64,000 nucleotides of DNA from Trueperaceae bacterium. GTDB taxonomy: Bacteria; Deinococcota; Deinococci; Deinococcales; Trueperaceae. The notes under the pieces were generated by a model. The model made no database searches. It saw only the letters and a list, made by a program, of their open reading frames with translations, and was not told the DNA's origin. A program made the translations under genes and the position numbers. The stretch spans positions 1,824,001-1,888,000 of the forward strand of contig JAXHLW010000013.1 in NCBI GenBank assembly GCA_034521815.1, in the 5' to 3' direction. The stretch's first letter is position 1. Each line of letters begins with the position of its first letter. Shown here piece by piece: positions 56,938 to 64,000 of this stretch.

Positions 56938-57064
56938 GGGCTACCTCCATGCCCGGCGCGACACCCCCGTGCACGCCGTGCGATCGGCAGTCCGCGCACC
57001 GCCGTGGAACCGGTCGTCGCGTGCGACGCTAGCGTACGAGCCGGGCCCGCCGGCCGGCACGCCG

Positions 57065-57977
57065 TCAGCCGATCCGTCCGACCGTCCTCCGTCGTCCTGC
57101 CGATCCGGAGGAAGCGCGGCCTGCCCGCCAGGTCGTCCGCGATCTCGATCGGTCGCCCGGCCGCCGCCGGATCGGCGCGAACCTCCGCGGCCGCCACGGC
57201 GACGTTGCGCGGATCGAGCTCGAACCACGCCTCCGCCGTGAGGGGGAGTCGTTCACGCAGGCGGCGCCAGGCACGGCGGAACGGTCCCAGGCCGTCCGGT
57301 CCGCCGAACAGCGCCAGGGGCGGCTCGCGCCGAACCTCGGGGGGCAGCGTGGCCGCGTCGGCGTCTGGAAGGTAGGGCAGGTTGGCGACGAGCAGGTCCA
57401 AGCCCGGCAGCAGCGCCCGCACCTCGGGCGCCTCCAGCAGGTCGGAGCGGAGCAGCCTCACCCCAGGCGCAAAAGCGTCGACGTTCCGCTGCGCGACGGC
57501 CAGCGCCGCCGCGTCCACGTCGGCCGCCCACACCTGCGCAGCCGGTCGCTCTCGCGCCAAGGCGATCGCGACCGCTCCGCTTCCCGTCCCCAGGTCCAGG
57601 ATGCGCGGGGCGTCGCGGTCCTCGATTGCGGTCAGCGCCAGCTCGACCAGCCGCTCGGTCTCGGGCCGCGGAATCAGCGCGTCCGGGCCTGCCTCGAGCT
57701 CGAGGCCCCAGAACGGCGCGACGCCCAGCAGGTGCTGAAGCGGCACGCCGCCCGCACGACCGGCGATCCAGGCGTCCAGACGGGCCTGCTGCGTGACGGT
57801 CAATCCAGCGTCCGGCTCGGTCAGCCACGACAGCCGGTCCCTGCCGGAGACCCGCTCCAGCATCGCCCACGCTTCGGCGTCGGGACGCTCCACGCCCGCG
57901 GCCGCCAAGCGTGCTCGGATCTCACCGACTCGCGACCTGCGCGGCCGACTGCCTGCGCTCAGGGCGTCCTCGCTCAG
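57065..57977 (-). CDS. prmC: Release factor glutamine methyltransferase
   Basis: PLQHLLG, LIPRPETE, DLGTGSG, NLPY, EP..ALFGG.DGL, DLAGRPR; start and stop both uncertain. Confidence 0.88.
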
Positions 57978-58576
57978 AGCTGCGCCGGCTTGAGCACGAC
58001 GCGCCGCTCGCGTCCCTCGCCGACCGACTCGCTCACGACGTCGGGATCGTCGGCGACGGCCATGTGAACGACGCGGCGCTCGGCGGCGCTCATCGGCTCG
58101 AGCTCGACCGGCTCGACCTGCTTGCGGACCTGATCGGCGGCGCTCAGCGCCTGGCTGCGAAGCCGCTCGTCGCGGCGGCGCTTGTAGCCGCCGACGTCGA
58201 CGTTGACGCGCACGTTCGACGCCTCGTGGCGGTTGATCACCGCGTTGCAGATCTGCTCCAGGGCGGCCAGCGTGCGGCCGTTCTTGCCGATCAGCTTGCC
58301 TGCGTCGCCGCCGTAGATCTCGGCTGCGACCTCGTCGTCGTCCACGGTCGTGACCTCGACCGCGTAGGCGGGATCGACGTTGAGCAGCAGCCCGACGAGG
58401 AACGACTCGGTCCGCTCGCGCGCGTCGCCCTCGGCGGCGACGACGCCGGCGACGGGGAGGGGCGTCTCGAGGTCGAGCTCGGTCGGCAGTCGCGCGCCGC
58501 CGGGGGCATCGTCGTCCGTCCCGATGCCCAGGTCGTGGAGCGCCTGATCGAGATCCTTGCCTTTGTCGTCGCTCAC
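57974..58576 (-). CDS. jag: Jag/KhpB (KH plus R3H) RNA-binding protein
   Basis: LIGKNGRTL.ALE, PMSAAERRVVH, S.GEG..R.VV. Confidence 0.92.
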   Translation of the reverse strand: MSDDKGKDLDQALHDLGIGTDDDAPGGARLPTELDLETPLPVAGVVAAEGDARERTESFLVGLLLNVDPAYAVEVTTVDDDEVAAEIYGGDAGKLIGKNGRTLAALEQICNAVINRHEASNVRVNVDVGGYKRRRDERLRSQALSAADQVRKQVEPVELEPMSAAERRVVHMAVADDPDVVSESVGEGRERRVVLKPAQL

Positions 58577-58586
58577 GAGCGTTCTC

Positions 58587-60126
58587 CTAACCTTTCGCGC
58601 CAGCGGGAACGGGCTTGTCCTGGCTCCGCTGAATCAGCCAGTACTGCAGCACCTGGATGCCCATCGAGACCACGAAGTAGAGCAGCACGCCGGCCGGGAA
58701 GTTGAACAGGATGAAGGCGAAGACGACGTTGATCAGGATCTGCTGCCGCAGGCTCTGCGGATTGCCGCGCGACGAGAACCACGACATGCCGAACATCACG
58801 CCGATGTAGAGGACCGGCAGGATGTAGTACGGGTCGGCCTGGCCGAGGTCGGGCACCCACAAGAACCCCTCGCCGAACTCGAAGTTCACGAACACGCGCC
58901 AGAGGATGATGAACAGCGGCATCTGCAGCAGGATCGGCAAACAGCCGCCGGCCGGGTTCACGCCGGCCTCCTTGTACAGCTTCATCGTCTCCTGCGTCAG
59001 CGTCTCGCGGTCGTCCTTGTACTTCTTCTGCAGCGCCTGGATCTTGGGCTGGAGCGCCTGCATCCCGTACATCGAACGCGTCTGGGTGCTGATCAGCGGC
59101 CACACCAGGATGCGGAACAGCAGGGTCAGCACGATGATCGAGAGGCCCCAGTTGCCCACGTAGTCGTGGATCGTGCGCAGCACCCAGAGGATGCCCAGCG
59201 ACAGGCGGCCGAGCAGGTTGGGCCGGAACAGCCCGGGCAGCTCGACGTACCCCTCCTGCTGGTAGCGGACCAGCTCGTTGGGCCCCAGGTAGGCGGTGAG
59301 GTCCAGCTGCGCGCTGGCACCGTCGCCGGGGGGCACCGTGGTCTGCAAGCGACATCTGCCGCGGCGGGAGCGAGAGCGCCTGCACGTCCGTCGACTCGGG
59401 CACGGGACGGAGCACGATCGCGAAGGCGGTGTTGCGATCGTTGTTCTGAAGGCTGACGTAGCTGGGGTTCGGGACCGGCTGCGACAGGGGGTTCGTGGCG
59501 AAGGTGCCCGACTCGCCCAGTCCCTGACCGATCTTGATCACGGGGTCGTCGACGCCGGCGACGCCGGGGAACGCCAGCTGCATCGGCATGGCGTCCTCGC
59601 CCGCCTCGACGCGGGTGGCGTCGAGGCGGATCTCGATGGTGTGGGCGGTGTTCGCGACGCGCACCGTGCGCACGACCTCGAGCGGTCCGGAGCGGGAGCG
59701 GAAGGTGCCCTGGACGACCGTGTCGCTCAGACGCTCCCAGCTGGCCTCGGCGTCGGTGGGAGCGAGGTACTCGCCGTCCAGCAGAAGCGCCGCGCCCGGG
59801 ATCGTCGCGTCGTCGGGGATCAGGTTCTGGCGGTTGTCCAGGTTGTAGTTCTGGAGGTTCTGGCCCTTCTGGGGCTTGGCGTACGCGGCGACGATCTCCC
59901 CGGCGGCCGAGAAGAACAGATCGACGCCCTTCGTCGGCACGCGGGTCAGCTCGGCGTCCTGCATCGAGCACCAGAACGACGCCCCTCCGGCGTCGCAGCT
60001 CTCGGCCACGCTGTCCGCGTCGCGGAAATCGGCGAACGCGAACGCGTGGCTGCCGAAGTCGACGGCGGCGGACGCGACGGTGCCGAGAAGCAGGGCGAGC
60101 GTCGCGAGCAAGGACCTTGGAATCAC
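58587..60126 (-). CDS. yidC: Membrane protein insertase YidC (frameshift near 59350)
   Basis: [38 protein letters not shown]. Confidence 0.93.
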
Positions 60127-60470
60127 GATTCCTCCGGGAGTTCGGATCGAACGGGAGCGGAGCGGGGGGTGCTGGCAGGGGCGGGGGCCGCGGTGCCTGT
60201 CGAGGCCCCGTGCGAGGCGCCGGGCGAGGCGCCGTGCGAGCCACGGTGAGGCGGCACGGGATCGAGCCCGCCGGGGTGCCAAGGATGGCATTTCGCCACG
60301 CGCCGGACCGCCAGCCAGCCGCCGCGCAGGACGCCGTGCGTCAGGATCGCGTCGTGAGCGTAGGCGCTGCAGGTGGGGTGGAAGCGACAGCTGGGCGCAG
60401 GCTTCAGGGGCGAGATCCAACGGCGGTACGCCACGATCGGCAGGACGACCAGGCGACGCAGCGCGCTCAC
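60123..60470 (-). CDS. yidD: Membrane protein insertion efficiency factor
   Basis: ISP...[25 protein letters not shown]; tail with 12-bp repeats. Confidence 0.93.
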   Translation of the reverse strand: MSALRRLVVLPIVAYRRWISPLKPAPSCRFHPTCSAYAHDAILTHGVLRGGWLAVRRVAKCHPWHPGGLDPVPPHRGSHGASPGASHGASTGTAAPAPASTPRSAPVRSELPEES

Positions 60471-60841
60471 GGGAACGCGCTCCGTTCGAGCGCACGATCC
60501 AGCGCGTCGCGAAGCTCGGCGTAGCTGGCCTGGGCCGCCTCGGGCCGGGCGATGATCACCAGGTCCACGCCGGTGGGGCCTTCCGCCGGCGTGCCGCGCT
60601 CGCGTACGCGAAGGCGCAGCGCCTCGCGAAGCCGACGCCGTACCCGGTTGCGGACCACGGCGTTGCCGACCTTGCGGCTCACCACGATGCCGACCCGTAT
60701 CCCGTCCGGCCGGCGCGGACGCCACCGCACCGACAGAAGACGCGAGCCTCCGGCGCGCCCCTTGCGGAGCCGCTGGAACGCCCGATCGCCTTTGAGCGAC
60801 CGGACGACGGGAGGCGCGTCACGCTGGCTCCCGCCGCTCAG
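60467..60841 (-). CDS. rnpA: RNase P protein component (start unresolved)
   Basis: [37 protein letters not shown]. Confidence 0.9.
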   Translation of the reverse strand: MSGGSQRDAPPVVRSLKGDRAFQRLRKGRAGGSRLLSVRWRPRRPDGIRVGIVVSRKVGNAVVRNRVRRRLREALRLRVRERGTPAEGPTGVDLVIIARPEAAQASYAELRDALDRALERSAFP

Positions 60842-60981
60842 CGGTCGGAAACGGTGAGTCGCGAGCGGCCCTTGCGACGGCGGCGCTTGATGACGTTGCG
60901 TCCCGAGGGGGTGCTCATGCGGGCGCGGAAGCCGTGCGTCTTGGCACGCTTGCGTCGGTTCGGCTGGTAGGTGCGCTTCAT
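60838..60981 (-). CDS. rpmH: 50S ribosomal protein L34
   Basis: [31 protein letters not shown]. Confidence 0.97.
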   Translation of the reverse strand: MKRTYQPNRRKRAKTHGFRARMSTPSGRNVIKRRRRKGRSRLTVSDR

Positions 60982-61250
60982 GCGGGGACTCCTTCCGTGG
61001 GTCCTTCTGGCAGGTCCGCACGCGGATCGCGGACCGTCGCGCATCGCTGGGCAATGAGCTGAGCGCAATGAGTCGGGAGCAGACGGCCTGGACAGACGGC
61101 CTGGAGCAGACAGCGCTGCGCCCCGAGCCCGGCACGCCACGGCGACGGCGAGCGCCTAGCCGGAAGAGGATAGCACGAGACGGCGGCCGGCGCGCAAGCG
61201 GCGCGGACGCCCCCGCGGCGCGCGGCGCTCGCGAGCTGCTCGCAGGTCGA

Positions 61251-62759
61251 TCAGGCGGTCCCCTCGATCGCTCCCACCGGCGCGATCCGCGGCTCGTCGC
61301 CCCGGGCCAGCACGGCCGCGGCCCGCAGCAGCCGCCCGTCCTGGAGCGCCGGGGCAAGGAGCTGCGCCGCCAGGGGAAGGCCGTCTTGGTCACGGCCCGC
61401 CGGCACGCTGATTCCGCCGACGCCGGCCAGGTTCGCCAGGCAGGTGTCCACGTCGCCGAGGTACATCGCCAGGGGGTCGTCCAGGCGCTCGCCCAGGCGG
61501 AACGCGGCGGTCGGAACGGTGGGCGTCAGCAACAGGTCCACCTGCTCGAACGCGGCCTGGAGCTCGTTCGCGACCTTGCGGCGCACCTGGAGCGCGCGTC
61601 CGTACCAGGCGTCCACGTGCCCCGCCGAGAGCGCGAACGTTCCCATCAGCACGCGCCTGCGCACCTCGGTCCCGAACCGCGCTCCGCGGCTGGCGGTCAT
61701 CACCGCTTCCTGGCCTTCGGCGTCGTCGCCGACGCGCACCCCGGTGATCATGCCGTCGTAGCGGGCCAGGTTGCTGCTGGCCTCGGCGCTGGCGATCAGG
61801 TAGTAGCAGGCGACGGCCGCCTGCGCGCTGGGCACGTGCACCTCGCTCACCTCGGCCCCGGCGTGCCGAAGCCGCTGGACGGTCTCGTCCAGCGCGCGGG
61901 CGACCGCGGGGTCGTTCCCCGCGCCCGACAGCTCGGGCACGACGCCGACGCGGACGCCGGCGAGCCGGCCGTCGCCGCCCTCGCGGGCGGCCGCCGCGAA
62001 CGTCGGCGGCACCTCGACGGTGGTGGCGTCGTTGGCGTCCTTCCCCACCAGCGCGTCCATCACCAGGCCCACGTCGAGCGCGCCTCGCGCCAGCACGCCG
62101 ACCTGATCCAGCGAGCTTCCGTACGCGATCACGCCGTGGCGCGACAACGTGCCGTAGGTGGGCTTGAACCCCAGCACGCCGCAGAACGCGGCGGGCTGCC
62201 GGACCGAGCCGCCGGTGTCCGTCCCCAGCGCCAGCGGGACCACCCCGGCGGCCACCGCGACCGCGGGCCCCCCGGACGAGCCGCCCGCCACGCGCGCGTC
62301 GTTCCAGGGGTTGCGGACCGGCCCGTGGGCGGAGCTCTCGCTGCTGCTCCCCATGCCGAACTCGTCCATGTTCCCCATGCCGATCAGGATCGCGCCGGCC
62401 GCCTCGAGCCGCGCGATCACCGTCGCGTCGTAGGGGGGCCGGAAGTCTGCGAGGATCGCGGAGCCGGCCGTCGTCGCCACCCCTTCCACGCACAGGTTGG
62501 CCTTGGCGACGAACGGGACGCCCGCCAGCGGGGGCAGGGCCGTGCCGGCGGCGCGGGCCGCGTCCAGTCGGTCGGCGGCGGCCCGGGCCCGCTCGGGGAG
62601 CAGCTCCGTGAACGCGTTCGTGGCGGCTTGCACCTGGTCCGCGCGCGCCAGCGCGGCGTCCACGACGTCGCGAGCGCGGACGGTCCCGGCCGCGACCGCC
62701 TGGACGATCTCGTGGGCGCTGACGGTGCCGCTGGCGGCACCTGGATCTTCTGCGGACAT
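61251..62759 (-). CDS. gatA: Asp/Glu-tRNA amidotransferase subunit A
   Basis: [48 protein letters not shown]. Confidence 0.93.
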   Translation of the reverse strand: MSAEDPGAASGTVSAHEIVQAVAAGTVRARDVVDAALARADQVQAATNAFTELLPERARAAADRLDAARAAGTALPPLAGVPFVAKANLCVEGVATTAGSAILADFRPPYDATVIARLEAAGAILIGMGNMDEFGMGSSSESSAHGPVRNPWNDARVAGGSSGGPAVAVAAGVVPLALGTDTGGSVRQPAAFCGVLGFKPTYGTLSRHGVIAYGSSLDQVGVLARGALDVGLVMDALVGKDANDATTVEVPPTFAAAAREGGDGRLAGVRVGVVPELSGAGNDPAVARALDETVQRLRHAGAEVSEVHVPSAQAAVACYYLIASAEASSNLARYDGMITGVRVGDDAEGQEAVMTASRGARFGTEVRRRVLMGTFALSAGHVDAWYGRALQVRRKVANELQAAFEQVDLLLTPTVPTAAFRLGERLDDPLAMYLGDVDTCLANLAGVGGISVPAGRDQDGLPLAAQLLAPALQDGRLLRAAAVLARGDEPRIAPVGAIEGTA

Positions 62760-62866
62760 GGGCGCGAGCATAGCACCGCGCCGGAGGGCGTTTTCGGTCC
62801 CGCTGGCGGCGCGAACGTACGTTGTTTCATGCTCCGGAACGGTGCCAGCGCGTAGCCTGGTCGTTC

Positions 62867-63847
62867 ATGGCACGCCGTGGCTCGGCCGAGCTTTCCGCCC
62901 GCCGTGTCCGGGCGGCCGGTGCGAGTCGTTCCGGTCGCGTCCGGACGGTGAATCAGGACGCGTTCTTCGCAGGCGAGGTCGGCGGTCGTCCGCTGCTGCT
63001 CGTCGCCGACGGCATGGGTGGGCACCGCACCGGCGAGGTCGCCAGCGCCCGCTCCGCCGAGGCGATCCAGCGCGAGCTCGCCGCCTCGCGCGCGCATCCC
63101 CCCGCGGCGCTGGCGCGTGCCCTGCAGACGGCGAACGCCGAGGTGCTCGAGGAGGCTCGCGCCAATCCGCGCCACCGTGGCATGGGCACGACCCTCACGA
63201 CGATCCTGATCGACGATTGGGTGGCGTTGATCGCGCACGTGGGCGACTCGCGCGCGTACCTGTTGCGAGACGGCGAGCTGAGGGCGCTGACGGAGGATCA
63301 CAGCTGGGTGGCCGAGCGCGTGAAGCAAGGCCTGCTCACGCAGGACGAGGCGCGCAGGCACCGCTGGCGCAACGTGATCACCAACGCGCTGGGGGCGACC
63401 GACGCCTTCCGCTTGGATCTGGCGCACGTCACGTTGAGAGCGGGCGACCGCCTCTTGGTCGCCAGCGACGGCGTCACATCGCTTCTTCCCGAGACGATCG
63501 TGCAGGACGTCCTGTTCAGCGGAGAGCCCGAGGAGGTGGCGAGGCGCCTGCTGGACCTCGCCGACGACCGCGGCAGCCCGGACAACGTCACCGCGGTCGT
63601 GGCCGTGGTGGACCACGTGTCGGATACGCCCAAGCCGTACGAGCTCCCTCCGGAGCTGCCCGCCGAGCCCACCTGGCACGTCGAGATGCGGCAGACCATG
63701 GGCGGCGTTCGCGAGGTCGAGGACCGCTATCCGGGCCGGGGTCCGATGCGCTGGATCCGGAAGCAGTCGTGGTACCCGTTCCGGCTGTGGATCCTCGGCT
63801 CGGCGTACTTGGCCTTCCTGCTGGTCCTGTTCGTCCTGCTGCGCTAA
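62867..63847 (+). CDS. PP2C-family Ser/Thr phosphatase with C-terminal TM
   Basis: [36 protein letters not shown]. Confidence 0.92.
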   Translation: MARRGSAELSARRVRAAGASRSGRVRTVNQDAFFAGEVGGRPLLLVADGMGGHRTGEVASARSAEAIQRELAASRAHPPAALARALQTANAEVLEEARANPRHRGMGTTLTTILIDDWVALIAHVGDSRAYLLRDGELRALTEDHSWVAERVKQGLLTQDEARRHRWRNVITNALGATDAFRLDLAHVTLRAGDRLLVASDGVTSLLPETIVQDVLFSGEPEEVARRLLDLADDRGSPDNVTAVVAVVDHVSDTPKPYELPPELPAEPTWHVEMRQTMGGVREVEDRYPGRGPMRWIRKQSWYPFRLWILGSAYLAFLLVLFVLLR

Positions 63848-63876
63848 CGCGGAGAGATGCCTGCTACGATCGCAGC

Positions 63877-64000
63877 ATGACCGAGCGAACCCCGATCCAC
63901 ACAGACGCCGCGCCTGCGGCGGTGGGCCCGTACAGCCAAGCGATCCGTGCCGGCGACCTGCTGTTCACCGCCGGGCAGATCCCGCTCACGCCCCAGGGCG
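63877..64000 (+). CDS. ridA: RidA/YjgF family protein (5' part)
   Basis: [37 protein letters not shown]. Confidence 0.88.
   Translation, partial: MTERTPIHTDAAPAAVGPYSQAIRAGDLLFTAGQIPLTPQG

Noticed and set aside
60982-61250. oriC next to rpmH
   Set aside because: No dnaA, DnaA boxes or AT-rich unwinding element; gatA lies upstream

Overview
GC-rich chromosomal window from a Deinococcota bacterium (Thermus/Deinococcus/Truepera-like, judged from protein resemblance and -10 boxes sitting right before start codons). It is mostly core genome: nuoA-K (complex I), ppdK, branched-chain 2-oxoacid dehydrogenase E1a/E1b/E2, gltA, purA, a peptide ABC transporter with a serine hydrolase, rrf2-C26 peptidase-tyrA, mreD-mrdA-minC, ftsK, a GAF-GGDEF protein, hemW, large NAD-glutamate dehydrogenase, lspA, the rpmH-rnpA-yidD-yidC-jag-prmC operon, gatA, a PP2C phosphatase and ridA. 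Many single-base frameshifts, including in normally essential genes, point to an unpolished long-read consensus. The most interesting items are: an uncharacterised secreted two-gene module (36365-38382); a 51-aa membrane ORF inside the nuo operon that the ORF track missed; a TetR-controlled protein with two cupredoxin domains; an rnpA frame open across rpmH; a NuoG lacking the N7 cysteines; Rex-like boxes ahead of nuoA; and a decayed IS4-like relic. No CRISPR array, rRNA or tRNA was seen. All family calls come from motif recognition by eye, not database searches.
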